Source of the DNA: Bacteroidota bacterium
GTDB taxonomy: Bacteria > Bacteroidota > Bacteroidia > Chitinophagales > LD1
Reading direction: 5' to 3'
NCBI GenBank assembly: GCA_016715625.1
Contig: JADJZU010000012.1
Span: 20,287-84,286 of the forward strand
Length of the DNA stretch: 64,000 bases
Shown here: positions 27,457 to 39,300 of the stretch, piece after piece
Numbering within the stretch: position 1 is the stretch's first letter
Layout: every line of letters starts with the position of its first letter
Program-made: the position numbers and the translations under genes
The notes under the pieces: generated by a model
Database searches by the model: none
What the model saw: the letters and a program-made list of their open reading frames with translations, nothing else
Told to the model about the DNA's origin: nothing

Positions 27457-28146
27457 TTAATCTTCCATCAGTTCACCAATAACGGTAATACCGCCTTTCA
27501 CCTTCTGATTAAGTTTTACATCAATCTTTGTTCCCAATGGCAGAAACAAATCTACGCGCGAACCAAATTTTATAAACCCTAACTCCGCGTTCTGCTGCAC
27601 CTCATCCCCTTCGTTTAAATACCACTTTATCTTGCGGGCCAACTTGCCTGCAATCTGACGAATAAGAATTTCAGCATCCGTTTCGTCATGCTCTATCACC
27701 ATCGTGTTGCGTTCGTTTTTTTCGGATGATTTGGGATGCCAGGCCACCAGATATTTGCCGGGGTGATATTTCTGATATTTCACTAAGCCACTGATAGGTG
27801 AGCGATTAACATGCACATTGGCCGGGCTCATAAAAATGGAAACCTGAATGCGCTTATCGTTAAAGTATTCAGTTTCATGTACCTCTTCAATAACCACCAC
27901 ACGCCCATCGGCCGGGGCCACAATGTGGTCATCGCTGCTGAAAAAATTACGGTAAGGGATTCGGAAAAAAGAAGCAAAAGCAAGGATGATAACCAAAGAC
28001 ACTCCCGAAGTAATGTAGTAAGCAGTGATGTTTCTGAAATAGAAGGCAACTAATGCGTTCAGCAATAGCAGCACCATCAAAGTGACCAGCAGTATCTTCT
28101 TTCCCTCTCTGTGAATTTTGATTTTTCTCTTCATGACAATTTTCAA
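27457..28146 (-). CDS. psd: phosphatidylserine decarboxylase family protein
   Basis: 229 aa. An N-terminal TM segment is present, and GFIKFGSRVDLFLP holds the G-S self-cleavage site. It lies downstream of cdsA. Confidence 0.8.
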   Translation of the reverse strand: MKIVMKRKIKIHREGKKILLVTLMVLLLLNALVAFYFRNITAYYITSGVSLVIILAFASFFRIPYRNFFSSDDHIVAPADGRVVVIEEVHETEYFNDKRIQVSIFMSPANVHVNRSPISGLVKYQKYHPGKYLVAWHPKSSEKNERNTMVIEHDETDAEILIRQIAGKLARKIKWYLNEGDEVQQNAELGFIKFGSRVDLFLPLGTKIDVKLNQKVKGGITVIGELMED

Positions 28147-28216
28147 AAAGCGGGCAAACGTAACCCAAATCTATAAAAATGAAACCCGGACCTGAAAACA
28201 ACCCATCTCAACCAAC

Positions 28217-29143
28217 TTAACCCACAAAGTCCATCAAAAGTTGTAAACCGCGCACCTGAGTAAACACCCACATAATGAACACGACAAAAGGAACCGCCAG
28301 AAAATAGGCATCAAACCTATCCAGAAAGCCACCATGCCCGGGCATGATATTTCCGGAGTCTTTAATATTCAGGCTGCGCTTCAAGAGCGACTCTACCAAA
28401 TCGCCAAACGTAGCAGCAAAAATAATGACAGCCGCCAGCACTATCCACTCCGCGCGGTGCAACATATTCAACCAGGGAACCAATGGGAGAAAATAGGCAG
28501 CGACCAAAGTGAGGACTACACCACCTGCCAGTCCTTCCCAGGTTTTTTTGGGAGATATGCGGGCAAACATCGGATGCTTGCCAAAGAGCGAGCCGGACAC
28601 ATAACAGGCTGAATCATAAAACCAGATAATGCAGAAGACCGCTATCAGAAAAATTCCGCCTTGCTCAAAAAACAACTTGGTTGTAAGCATCAGCGGCAAC
28701 AAAATCCAGACGGCCGCCAACACATTCCAACCCAAATTGGCAAATGGGTTTTCGTGCCCGGTAAATAACTCAATAATGAAGAGCGAAAACAGCAACATAG
28801 GAAATAGGGCGGTGTAAGAAATATCCGCATCGCGCTGCATCATCACTGCCTGAAACAGTAAGCTCAGCAAATTGCTACCACTCGGCAATGCCCTTACCGG
28901 TGGCGACAGCAATAGATAAGAGAACAGAAAAGTAAACACAAACAAGAACGCGATTAAGCCATTGCCCGAGAAGCGCGAACCACTCTCCCGCTTGGAAGAG
29001 GTAATAATAAAGTATTCGCGTACCGAGCCGCCCAATATCAGCAGCATAACACCCATAAAGGTAAAAGGGGTCCACAGAATGCCGCCTATCATAATGATGG
29101 CGAACACCAAGCCCGATGCTGCTCTTACAACTAAATTGTTCAT
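28217..29143 (-). CDS. cdsA: phosphatidate cytidylyltransferase
   Basis: It is polytopic and carries the CDS signature SLLKRSLNIKDSGNIMPGHGGFLDRFDA. Confidence 0.85.
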   Translation of the reverse strand: MNNLVVRAASGLVFAIIMIGGILWTPFTFMGVMLLILGGSVREYFIITSSKRESGSRFSGNGLIAFLFVFTFLFSYLLLSPPVRALPSGSNLLSLLFQAVMMQRDADISYTALFPMLLFSLFIIELFTGHENPFANLGWNVLAAVWILLPLMLTTKLFFEQGGIFLIAVFCIIWFYDSACYVSGSLFGKHPMFARISPKKTWEGLAGGVVLTLVAAYFLPLVPWLNMLHRAEWIVLAAVIIFAATFGDLVESLLKRSLNIKDSGNIMPGHGGFLDRFDAYFLAVPFVVFIMWVFTQVRGLQLLMDFVG

Positions 29144-29160
29144 GGCTTAATTTTATTGAC

Positions 29161-30108
29161 TTATAGTTCCGTGTCATCCACCTCCGTGGCAGGCAACTCC
29201 GGTTTTTTAAATGAACGAATGAGATAAACTAAAGCTAAAAACACGAGCCCTCCTGCCACGCTAAGCCAAACCGGGGTTTCCCCCTCGGCCAGTTCGGGGC
29301 CTATCACTCCAAGGTTCACTAAGTACCGCGCCAGCACAGCAAAAAAATTATTAATGAAATGGGCTGCCACGCATAACCATAAACTGCCGCTGATGTAATA
29401 AAGATAGCCCAGAAAAATCCCCAGCACACCAATGGCCAGAAAATTATGAAACTCAAAATGCACCAGCGAAAAAATAACTCCGGATATAAGGATGGAGCTG
29501 ACCGGTTTCATTCCCGAACGGAGCATATCGCCCATAAGCAGACCGCGAAAAAAGAGTTCCTCCGCAATAGCCGGCACCACCGCCATCACTACTGCCGCTA
29601 TTAAAAACTGTGGCAGTGTGGTAAATGAGGTAGCTGCCTCCAGCATGGCATCTATGCGCTTTTCCATTTGCAGCACCGCTTCCGGTGCCGGTAATAGCTC
29701 ATTCAATTTTACCAGCGACTCTACAAAAAACTGTGCCGCCAGCACGGCCAGCAACACCATACCCAACAACTGAAGCGAAGGAAAGCGGACAAGCCCCAAA
29801 TGCAGTTTAAAATTTCCGGCTTCCAGATAGGAGAATACTACAGCAGTTAACCCAAAGCCAATGAGCGATGCGGTTCCCTGCAAAAACATAAAACCCAGCC
29901 AGTCGGTCCGGTTAGCCAATATCCCTTCCTGAATTCGGGCGGTATCGGCTCCTAATACCTGATAAGTGAACAGGGTGCCCAGCGACAAGGCCACCGATTG
30001 AAAAATAATGAACATGGAGATAATCATCCCCATGCGGGGAATAATGTGCAGGTCTTTCAATCGTAAATCCATTTCCGCCAAACATAACAAGGCAAAGGGG
30101 AGTTTCAA
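29161..30108 (-). CDS. CPBP-family (CAAX-type) intramembrane metalloprotease
   Basis: EELFFRGLL (EExxxR) and SLVHFEFHNF motifs are present. Polytopic. Confidence 0.75.
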   Translation of the reverse strand: MKLPFALLCLAEMDLRLKDLHIIPRMGMIISMFIIFQSVALSLGTLFTYQVLGADTARIQEGILANRTDWLGFMFLQGTASLIGFGLTAVVFSYLEAGNFKLHLGLVRFPSLQLLGMVLLAVLAAQFFVESLVKLNELLPAPEAVLQMEKRIDAMLEAATSFTTLPQFLIAAVVMAVVPAIAEELFFRGLLMGDMLRSGMKPVSSILISGVIFSLVHFEFHNFLAIGVLGIFLGYLYYISGSLWLCVAAHFINNFFAVLARYLVNLGVIGPELAEGETPVWLSVAGGLVFLALVYLIRSFKKPELPATEVDDTEL

Positions 30109-30319
30109 AAAGTGTTACTTCTGGGCTCATTGATTTGCCAAAATCCACCGGTAACACTTACCCCAAAAACGATATGCACAAGTACTGCATTTTGTTGAAA
30201 AAATAGCGCGCATTCACCACGGTTTCCTTGCCCCTAAAACTATATTCGTGCTCCCCTGAATGAGGGGGTATAAAAAGCCCGAAAAGACCTTTAAAAGACA
30301 GTAAAGAAAACAGCAGAAT

Positions 30320-32893
30320 ATGAGTGATGAATTGAACAACCCACCGGTAGGAAACGAAGAACGCCCGCGGATTATCCCTATCAATATTGAAGAGGAAATG
30401 AAAACCGCCTACATAGATTATTCTATGTCGGTGATTGTGAGCCGCGCCATACCCGATGTGCGCGATGGACTGAAGCCCGTGCACCGCAGAGTGCTCTATG
30501 CCATGAACGAACTGGGCCTGAGCCCCGGCAAACCGCACAAAAAAAGTGCGCGTATTGTGGGGGAAGTGCTGGGTAAATATCACCCGCATGGCGATGGCTC
30601 GGTGTACGATGCCATGGTGCGTATGGCGCAGGACTGGAGCCTCCGCTACCCGCTGGTAGATGGTCAGGGTAACTTCGGAAGTATTGACGATGACCCTCCG
30701 GCAGCGATGCGTTATACCGAAGCTCGCCTGCGCAAAATATCAGAAGAGTTGTTGGCCGACATTGAAAAGGAAACGGTAGACATGCGGTTGAATTTTGACG
30801 ATAGCCTGGAAGAGCCTTCGGTGCTGCCCGCAAAAATTCCCAACCTGCTGGTAAACGGTGCCTCGGGTATTGCGGTAGGGATGGCTACTAATATGCTGCC
30901 CCACAACCTCAGCGAATGTCTCGATGGCGTTATCCGCTATATCGATAACAAGGATATTACCATCGAAGAACTGATTCAGGTTATTAAAGGACCCGATTTC
31001 CCGACTGCCGGCACCATATACGGATACGAAGGGGTGCGTCAGGCTTTGATGACCGGCCGCGGACGCGTAGTGCTGCGCGGCAAGGCAGAAATTGAAACGC
31101 TCGAAAACGGACGCGAACAAATTATCATTACCGAGATACCGTATCAGGTAGTAAAATCTAACCTGCATCAGAAAATTGCCGACCTGGTCATCGATAAAAA
31201 GATTGAAGGCATCTCCAATATCTGGGACGAATCGGACAAGAAGAGCGGAATCCGCCTTGTGGTGGAGCTGAAAAAAGATGCCATGAGCAATGTGGTGCTC
31301 AATCAGCTTTTCGCCATGACCGATTTGCAGACGTCTTTTGGTGTCAACAACGTGGCCATCGTAAAAGGCGTGCCGCAGTTGCTGAACGTAAAGGACCTTA
31401 TCCGTCACTTTGTAGAGCATCGTCACGAGGTGGTGATTCGCAGAACGAAATTTGAACTGCGCAAAGCCGAAGAACGCGCACATATTTTAGAAGGCTTACT
31501 GATTGCGCTTGATCATCTGGATGAGGTGATTGCGCTGATTCGTGCAGCCGCAGATACCGATGTAGCCAAAGTCGGATTGATGGAGAAATTCGGGCTGAGC
31601 GAAATTCAGGCAAAAGCCATTTTGGAAATGCGCCTCTCACGCCTCACCGGTCTGGAAAGAGATAAGATAAGAGCCGAGTACGATGAGTTAATGAAAACCA
31701 TCACCTGGCTAAAACGGGTATTGGACGAAGAGCCTTTGAGAATGCAGATTATCAAAGACGAAACGTTGGAAATGAAGGAGAAATATGGTGATGAGCGCAG
31801 GACAAATATTGAATATGCCGCAGGCGATTTCAACATGGAAGACCTCATCGCCAACGATGAAGTAGTAGTTACCATTTCGCACCTTGGTTATATCAAGCGC
31901 ACCCTGTCTACCGAATATAAAACACAGAACCGCGGAGGACGCGGCAGCAAAGGAAGCAGCGCCCGCGATGAGGATTTCATTGAACACATGTTTCTGGCTA
32001 CCAATCACAATTACATCCTGTTCTTTACCGAGCTGGGGCGTTGTTACTGGTTAAAAGTGTATGAGATACCGGAAGGTGAAAAAACCGGAAAAGGACGCGC
32101 CATTCAAAACCTTATCAATATTCCAAAAGACGATAAGATTATGGCCTACATCCCCGTGCTTAATCTCACAGACGATGAATATCTGGACAGCAACTTTGTA
32201 ACCTTCTGCACCAAGCGGGGCACGATTAAGAAAACGACACTGAAAGCGTATAGCAATGTTCGCCAGGGCGGTGTAAATGCCATCGAAATTCGCGAAGGTG
32301 ATGAGCTGGTGCAGGTATGCCTCACGAGTGGCAAAAGCGAAATTGTCATCGCAACCAAACAAGGCAAGGCTATTCGCTTTAATGATGATGCCGTGCGTTC
32401 CATGGGCAGAACGGCCACCGGTGTGCGTGGCGTATCGCTGGAAGATGAAAAGGATATGGTGGTAGGTATGATTACCGTGAACCCGGAAAGTAAAGAGGAA
32501 ACCATTATGGTGCTTTCCGAAAAAGGGTATGGTAAACGAAGCTATTTAACCGACCCTGAAACCGGTGAAGATATCTATCGCATCACTAACCGTGGGGGTA
32601 AGGGAGTTAAAACGCTGAACACCACCGAGAAAACCGGCAACCTCATCAGCATACTGAATGTTACCGATAACGACCATGTGATGATTATCAATAAGAGTGG
32701 TGTCGCCATTCGTATTGCAGTGGAACAGTTGCGTGTAATGGGGCGTGCAGCCCAAGGCGTTCGTATTATCCGACTGGACGCGAAAGACGAAATAGCCGCT
32801 ATTGCAAAAATTGTAAACGGCAAACTGAATTACAATGCCGAAGAAGATGGTGAACTGGGTTCTGCGGATATTTCCGGAGAAGTGGCCGATTAA
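30320..32893 (+). CDS. gyrA: DNA gyrase subunit A
   Basis: 857 aa. …[16 protein letters not shown]…, the active-site region [10 protein letters not shown] and C-terminal beta-pinwheel repeats are present. Confidence 0.97.
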   Translation: MSDELNNPPVGNEERPRIIPINIEEEMKTAYIDYSMSVIVSRAIPDVRDGLKPVHRRVLYAMNELGLSPGKPHKKSARIVGEVLGKYHPHGDGSVYDAMVRMAQDWSLRYPLVDGQGNFGSIDDDPPAAMRYTEARLRKISEELLADIEKETVDMRLNFDDSLEEPSVLPAKIPNLLVNGASGIAVGMATNMLPHNLSECLDGVIRYIDNKDITIEELIQVIKGPDFPTAGTIYGYEGVRQALMTGRGRVVLRGKAEIETLENGREQIIITEIPYQVVKSNLHQKIADLVIDKKIEGISNIWDESDKKSGIRLVVELKKDAMSNVVLNQLFAMTDLQTSFGVNNVAIVKGVPQLLNVKDLIRHFVEHRHEVVIRRTKFELRKAEERAHILEGLLIALDHLDEVIALIRAAADTDVAKVGLMEKFGLSEIQAKAILEMRLSRLTGLERDKIRAEYDELMKTITWLKRVLDEEPLRMQIIKDETLEMKEKYGDERRTNIEYAAGDFNMEDLIANDEVVVTISHLGYIKRTLSTEYKTQNRGGRGSKGSSARDEDFIEHMFLATNHNYILFFTELGRCYWLKVYEIPEGEKTGKGRAIQNLINIPKDDKIMAYIPVLNLTDDEYLDSNFVTFCTKRGTIKKTTLKAYSNVRQGGVNAIEIREGDELVQVCLTSGKSEIVIATKQGKAIRFNDDAVRSMGRTATGVRGVSLEDEKDMVVGMITVNPESKEETIMVLSEKGYGKRSYLTDPETGEDIYRITNRGGKGVKTLNTTEKTGNLISILNVTDNDHVMIINKSGVAIRIAVEQLRVMGRAAQGVRIIRLDAKDEIAAIAKIVNGKLNYNAEEDGELGSADISGEVAD

Positions 32894-32910
32894 TCTTAAA
32901 TCTGTATTTA

Positions 32911-32942
32911 AAAAGCCTGCAGTTCCTGCAGGCTTTTTTTTT
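32911..32942. terminator. bidirectional Rho-independent terminator between convergent gyrA and the OmpA-family gene
   Basis: aaaaaGCCTGCAG-ttc-CTGCAGGCttttttttt. The 8-bp stem is perfect (32915-32922 / 32926-32933) and is flanked by A and T runs. Confidence 0.85.
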
Positions 32943-33013
32943 CCTTCCCCTTAGCTTCAAAAAAAATGCCCCGCTTTGCAGCAGGGCATTCCAATGTAGA
33001 TATTAACTTATCC

Positions 33014-35236
33014 TTAGAACTTCAGAATCTTGAACTCTGTTCTTCTGTTTTCCTGATGTTGTTCATCGGTGCAAGGCACTACAGATGTTCCTTCGCACTG
33101 GCACTTATTTACCAGTCGGCTTTCACCGTATCCGGCTGCTATCATTCTGCGACCTTCTACACCCTGCGAAGCAATATAGTTTACCGCACTTTCAGCACGC
33201 TTGCTCGATAACTGCATGTTATACTTTGCAGTAGCACGGCAGTCTGTATGGGAACTCAACTCAATTTCCATGGTTGGGTTATCCTTCATGATTTTCACCA
33301 GCTTATCCAACTCTTTGGCAGCATCCGGTCTAATGAACCACTTATCCAGGTCGTAGTAAATGTTCTCAATTTTGATGGCCACACCTTTTCTCACTTTTTC
33401 AAGCTCAAGCGTTTGGTATAACGTGGCCGGTGCTTTTTTGCCGATAGTGGAAACGGTAGCAGTCACCGTCAAATATTTTGTATCCGGCTCACCGGTCTCT
33501 TTAGAACCTTCTAATCCATAATTGGTATTCGGTTCCAAAGTGAACACACACTTACCATCCTTATTGGTGGTGCAAACCTCATCTTTCTTGGTAGTCAGGT
33601 TAGTTACTTTAACCTTGGCACTTTCCAAAGGATCTTTCGTTTTTCTGTCAATCACGGTTACTTCAAGTGTGATGCCTCCTTCAGCCACCATGGGTATTTT
33701 AACCAACTCCGGCTTTTCTTTTACATCTGCAGTTACCTCAGCCGGCAAATAGCCGGGCATGGTAGCATAGAACTTATACTTGCGCCCTGGAGTAGCCGGA
33801 AAGGTGAAGTCGCCTTCTTTTCCTGCATCGGCTTTTCCTTTCTCCACATCTTCTTCTTTCATCACCACCTTTGCTCCCGGCAATGGAAGACCGGTAGCTG
33901 CATCAAACACCACACCATTCAAAATGATTCCCTTCTTCACAAAGCTGTAGATGTCATCGTCCCCTTGTCCATTAGCACGGTTACTGCAGAAATATCCTTT
34001 TTTGTTATCGGCATTAATTACATAACCAAAATCGTCAGCATTGGTATTGATTGGGTAAGCCAGATTTTCCGGATCGGTCCATGTTGTAATCTTATTACCG
34101 GTTTTAACGCTGCTGGTGCTATAGATGTCTAATCCACCTAAACCCACGTGGCCTGTAGAGGCAAAATACAACACACCATCGTTAGCTATATGCGGGAACA
34201 TTTCATCGCCAGAAGTATTAATCTTTGGTCCTAAGTTTACAGGCGTAGACCAGTTGCCGCCTATTTCGCGGGTGGTGTAATAAATATCCACTCCGCCATA
34301 GCCACCCGGTTTGTCGCTGGCAAAGTAAAGTGTCTTAGCGTCTTTGGATAAGGATGGATGCCCTACCGAATATTCTTTGTCGTTGAACGGCACAGCTTCA
34401 ATCAACTCATCGCCCCAACGGCTTTGGTCAGGCAAATAAACGATGCGATATATCTTCAACTTCACTGTTTTGTCCGCAGAGGGGAAAGCCCTTTTGCCGT
34501 TATAGTTGCTGCGGTCTATATACAACTCATCCATTTTCTGGTTGTAGGTAGAAGTGCCCTCGTGAAATTTCTTGTTGGGTTCTCTACCGCGCATCATATC
34601 GCATTTGCTGATTTTTCCGGTAGAGTCGTCCTTAAAGGCCTGATAAATTTGAAGAAACGAATTATGAGTCCAGTTGTCCACCCGCTTTACGTAAGCATCC
34701 GGGAAGCGGTTACTGCAAAAGAAAATACCGGTGTCTTTGTATAATGAAACACCAAAATCAGAGTAGGGTGAGTTAATCGAGCTCATGTTCTGCACTTCAT
34801 AGAATCCCTTGTCCTTACTGAGTTCTTCAACCTGGTCAATTCCTTTCAATCTTGCCTTTACGCTGGCATCGTTCGGAACCGCATCTATATATTGTTTGTA
34901 ATACACTTTTGCCTCCGCATATTTTTGGTTCGCACGAAGCGATTCAGCATAGTAAAGTTTATTAATCACGTTAGCATTGTCCTTGCTGGCCAGTTCTGCG
35001 TAATATCCCTCCGCTTTTTCAGCATTGTTTATCAAACGATAACTGTCCGCCAGCTTCTGAAGCACATATACATTCTTGGCGTCTTTTTGCAATGCTCTCT
35101 CGTAGTATAAAATGGCCTTTTGATAATCAAACTGCTTAAAATACCAATCACCTACTTTCACTATTGGGCTTTCGGCAAAAGCAGCATTGCTTAAAACAGC
35201 CACCAGCAGGGTTATCAGGGTTTTCTTAAAAATCAT
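33014..35236 (-). CDS. OmpA-family outer-membrane protein (TPR, TolB-like repeats, OmpA C-terminal peptidoglycan-binding domain)
   Basis: It has a signal peptide, TPR-like helices and repeats of the type KTLYFASDKPGGYGGVDIYY. The OmpA_C domain reads …IYYDLDKWFIRPDAAKELD…SSHTDCRATAKYNMQLSSKRAESAVNY…NRRTEFKIL. Confidence 0.85.
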   Translation of the reverse strand: MIFKKTLITLLVAVLSNAAFAESPIVKVGDWYFKQFDYQKAILYYERALQKDAKNVYVLQKLADSYRLINNAEKAEGYYAELASKDNANVINKLYYAESLRANQKYAEAKVYYKQYIDAVPNDASVKARLKGIDQVEELSKDKGFYEVQNMSSINSPYSDFGVSLYKDTGIFFCSNRFPDAYVKRVDNWTHNSFLQIYQAFKDDSTGKISKCDMMRGREPNKKFHEGTSTYNQKMDELYIDRSNYNGKRAFPSADKTVKLKIYRIVYLPDQSRWGDELIEAVPFNDKEYSVGHPSLSKDAKTLYFASDKPGGYGGVDIYYTTREIGGNWSTPVNLGPKINTSGDEMFPHIANDGVLYFASTGHVGLGGLDIYSTSSVKTGNKITTWTDPENLAYPINTNADDFGYVINADNKKGYFCSNRANGQGDDDIYSFVKKGIILNGVVFDAATGLPLPGAKVVMKEEDVEKGKADAGKEGDFTFPATPGRKYKFYATMPGYLPAEVTADVKEKPELVKIPMVAEGGITLEVTVIDRKTKDPLESAKVKVTNLTTKKDEVCTTNKDGKCVFTLEPNTNYGLEGSKETGEPDTKYLTVTATVSTIGKKAPATLYQTLELEKVRKGVAIKIENIYYDLDKWFIRPDAAKELDKLVKIMKDNPTMEIELSSHTDCRATAKYNMQLSSKRAESAVNYIASQGVEGRRMIAAGYGESRLVNKCQCEGTSVVPCTDEQHQENRRTEFKILKF

Positions 35237-35274
35237 AGTCTTAGTTTTATTGAAATACAGGGGCTAAATCTTTG

Positions 35275-36249
35275 TTAGAAGTATTTTACGTATCGTGGTG
35301 TAACAAAGCGCTTCTTGTTATACCAGAAATCGTAACCAATCATAATCTCGTGTGTGCCGGAAGTATACTTTCTCAAGCGCGTTAACTCCACATCATAAGC
35401 ATATCCGATTTGTAATTGAGGGGTGCATTTAAATGCTGCGAATACAATTACAGATTGTCCAAAGTATTTTGCATCACCGGCTGTGCGATATCCTGCTCCT
35501 AACCATATTCTATCAATGAATAGTAAGGCAAGGTTTACATCAAACTGAGGGATGTTTTTGATAAGTCCCTTTTGCCACTTCATTAATAAAGTAGGTCTGA
35601 ATTTTACGATAGATGCTTCCTTCCCAAACAAATAACCGGCTGAGAACAAGTAGTGGTTATAAAGGCGGGCAATGGTTTGGTCGTATTTGGAAACACCTGT
35701 TTTGTCGCGCAAAGTGGAAGGCAATAAGTGCGGAACTGAGAAACCCGCAAACCATCTTTTACCGTATGCATACACACCAAATCCAAAGTTAGGAACAAAT
35801 AGATTTTCGTTAAGAGTAAATGCCTGGTCAGCGATAGGTGAAGTCAGATTCGCATTACCATTATTCTGGTAGAAGTAGGCAAAAGAAGCCTGCACACCAA
35901 AGGCTAAGCGAATATCATTCTTAAAACGGAGGCGATAAGCGAAAGAAGGAGTCACGTTGAAATTATTGGACAAGCCCAAACGATCATTGCTCATCGTAAG
36001 ACCAAGTGCATACTGATCCTTACGTAAAGGACTATGCACACTGATATTCGCTGTTTTAGGTGCGCCTTCCAAACCAGCCCATTGATGTCTGTAAATGCCC
36101 ATCACGCTGATCACTTCCTGACTTCCTGCGTAGGCAGGATTCAGAAACAGGCCGTTGAACATATACATGCTATACTCCGGGTCTTGTTGTGCTTTCAGTC
36201 CGGTTAAAGCCGTCACTGTAACTAAAGCTGCTAGAAAAATCTTTTTCAT
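35275..36249 (-). CDS. PorP/SprF-family type IX secretion system membrane protein
   Basis: 324 aa. The N-terminus …KAQQDPEYSMYMFNGLFLNPAYAGS… is the family hallmark. The position immediately after a type B CTD cargo gene fits. Confidence 0.9.
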   Translation of the reverse strand: MKKIFLAALVTVTALTGLKAQQDPEYSMYMFNGLFLNPAYAGSQEVISVMGIYRHQWAGLEGAPKTANISVHSPLRKDQYALGLTMSNDRLGLSNNFNVTPSFAYRLRFKNDIRLAFGVQASFAYFYQNNGNANLTSPIADQAFTLNENLFVPNFGFGVYAYGKRWFAGFSVPHLLPSTLRDKTGVSKYDQTIARLYNHYLFSAGYLFGKEASIVKFRPTLLMKWQKGLIKNIPQFDVNLALLFIDRIWLGAGYRTAGDAKYFGQSVIVFAAFKCTPQLQIGYAYDVELTRLRKYTSGTHEIMIGYDFWYNKKRFVTPRYVKYF

Positions 36250-36279
36250 ATCCTTTCTTTTAATCAGGGTTAATGTTTT

Positions 36280-36321
36280 AAAAACCCTGTCTCCTCTCCT
36301 GGTTTGTTAAGGAGACAGGGG
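36280..36321 (-). terminator. strong stem-loop plus U-run directly after the giant adhesin gene, 30 nt before the porP/sprF-like start
   Basis: On the minus strand: CCCTGTCTCCT (complement of 36310-36320), a 14-nt loop, AGGAGACAGGG (complement of 36285-36295), then TTTTT (complement of 36280-36284). Confidence 0.6.
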
Positions 36322-36331
36322 TAATTGAATC

Positions 36332-39300
36332 TTATCGGTGAATCACTACAAACTTAGCGTCCACATCTCCTGTTCCATCATTGTGATAATACAGGAAGTA
36401 GTAAGTGCCGTCTGGTAATGGAACCCCTTGCATGTTCTTACCTTCAAAATTGTTCTGGTAAGGACCTTCGCTGTTCCACACCTCTACGCCCCATCTGTTA
36501 TAAACTATCAGAGAAGCATCCGGGTATTCAGTGCCACATGGAATTTCAAAGGCATCGTTCACACCATCACCGTTTGGTGAGAATCCATTCGGCAGGAAGC
36601 ATTCCACAGAATCTTTTACAACCACACACACCACAGCAGTATCGCAGAAAGTATAGCTGCCTGTGGTTACACATACTTCGTAGCTGAACGAGATGTTTCC
36701 GGAGTAATCGGTAGCAGGTGTTACGGTGATAGTGTTATCACTGTTTACGACTGCAGTTGCATTATCCACCGGTTGCAATACAGCAACAGTGGTGTCGGCA
36801 CCGAACGGTAAATCATCGTTCTCTAACACACGCAGGGTGATTGGTGTGTTCTTGCTGGTAGAGTCAAACTCGCAAGGCTCATCCACTGCAATAATGGTAG
36901 GATCCAGCACCGTAATAATCACCGGAGTTGTATCACAGTTTCCGAACGTATCGCAAACAACCAAACAGAACGTATCGTTTCCAACGTAGTTCAATGCCGG
37001 TGTGTAAACGAAGCATGTATCGCCCGACAATACTTCCACTGTTCCGTTTTGCGGATTACAGAGCGAAGTAATGCTCCAAGGAGTACTGCTGGTTACCAAA
37101 CCATCGAGACAGATTGTATCCGGCACATTTACAAACGTGGTATCGAAGATAGTATCCACCTGTATTGGAGTGCAGGCGATAATATTTAACACCACGGTAT
37201 TGGTATCGCAGTAGCTTGGTATTCCATTATCACAAATGAAGTAGGTAAATGTTGCAGTGCCTGGCAATGCAAGCGATGTAAACTGCACCGATGTTGCATT
37301 CTGTGCAGTAATACCACCCAAAGTTCCCGGTTGCGCTACAGATGTTCCGGTAATGAATATCACGTTACTGTTGCTGTCTGTGTCATTTGCTAACAGCGAC
37401 AGCTCAGAGACGGTGTTCGTGCAAATAGTGAATGTATCTGCATTAGCTACCGGAGGAACGTTGCAGTAGGTTTCAATTACAACGATGGCTGTATCGAAGC
37501 CGCAACGGGTTTCTATAAAGTACTCAATGGTATCAAAACCACACCATCCGGCATCCGGAGTATAGAACAATGTTCGGGCGGTATCCAGTGTTGCTGTTCC
37601 ATGACTTGGTGCACCATTTTGCGTAAAGTCTACAGTCAATGATGGATCATTATCTGTTGTATCATTCGCTAGTATAACTACGGAAATTTGACTTTCCGGA
37701 ATAGTAACGGCAGCATCATTTACTGCCACAGGACGTGGACAGCAAATAACATCTACACATACAGTCACTGTATCGGTAGCTCCCTGCACATCTGTAATTA
37801 CATACTGGAATGAATCCACAAATCCGCAAGTATCCTGGTCCGGCACATAAGTGATGGTTCCATCATTGTTCAATGTTACCGCACCAATGGTAATTGGCAT
37901 TGGAATAACACTGGTCACACTGAAAGAATCTCCCTCCGGATCAAAATCGTTGCCTGCTACATCAAATGTTACCGGGTGTAAACTACCGGTGGTTGCACAC
38001 TCAGGAACACCCTGCACGGAATTGTTGATGTAAACAACGACTACTGCTGTATCGCACAATGTTGGGATTGCCACATCACAGATTACATAGCAGAAAGTAT
38101 CCGGCTGATTAGCATTTGCCAAAGGACCCGGAGTATAAATTACAGTTCCGCCAGGACCCTGAGTTGTGGTTCCGAATTGCGGAGGACAAGGCACGTTGAT
38201 AGGACCTACTACCAAGGTATTGCCATCCGGATCACTATCATTCTTAGTTAAATCGATTGTGATTGGTGTCAGATAATCCGTTGTAGTGAAATCATCGGTT
38301 GCCAATGGCGGATGATTGTTGTTCACCGTAGAGTCCACATAGATGGTGATGCAAGCGGTGTCGCATAAGCCATCCGGATCACAGATGCTGTAGCAAACAA
38401 CATCTACCCCTACCACAGGCGAATTGTAGTTAATAGTTCCATCCGGATTAAGCGTAGCGGTAGCTCCCGGCAAGGATGGACCACTAATAATGGTAACATT
38501 CAGCGGATCGCCATCCGGATCATTGTCGTTAGCCAACTCATTAATCACGATTGGAGTAGATACTGTGGTAACCACAGCATCATCATTAGCCACTGGAGGA
38601 TTGTTTAATGAATCACAAGTAACCACCACTACCACGATTAACTGTGTATCACACAATGAAAACTGTGGTATGTTGCTTGTGTCGCATACGGTGTAAGGAA
38701 TAGTATATACACCGGCTGTGTCTGCATTAAACACCACTGTTCCGTTTCCGGTAACCTGGAAGGCGTAATTAGCGCCAACCGGAGCACCAAATACAGGTCC
38801 ATAGTTGTAAGTAAGTAAATCGCCATCCGGATCACTGCAAGCAGCTCCTACGTTGATACCAATAGCGGTGTTTTCACACACTACCACATTTATCTTCTGT
38901 GCAATCGGAGCGTTATTTATTGGCAATACCACAATAGTGATAGTGCTGGTATCACAAGCGCCCGATGTATCACAAACCGATACACACAAAATCTGTGTTC
39001 CGGTCCAGCCCGGAGTAGGTATAAAGGTTACGCAGGTATCATTCTCTGACACTGTTCCATTTAATGGAGTACAAGAGAAGTAATCCATAGCGTAAGAATC
39101 TCCTGCATCCACATCGGTAACTACAGGGCATACAATCGATGTATCGTTTTCATAAATGGTATCTACCGGATTGTCAACAACAGGAGTGTCGTTGATTGGG
39201 CATATACTTATAAACACATCTGCCGTATCGCAAGCGTTCGAGCAATTGCTGTTGCAAACCTGGTAGGTAATGCTGGCTGTGCCGTTGTAATTTACAGTAG

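Noticed and set aside
30251-30270. Small hairpin CCCCT-gaatg-AGGGG in the gyrA leader
   Set aside because: The stem is only 5 bp, there is no U-run and it resembles no known leader element.
30158-31483. Minus-strand ORFs of 143 and 247 aa (30158-30589, 30740-31483)
   Set aside because: They are antisense to gyrA, and the His/Arg/Phe-rich translations are typical of shadow frames.
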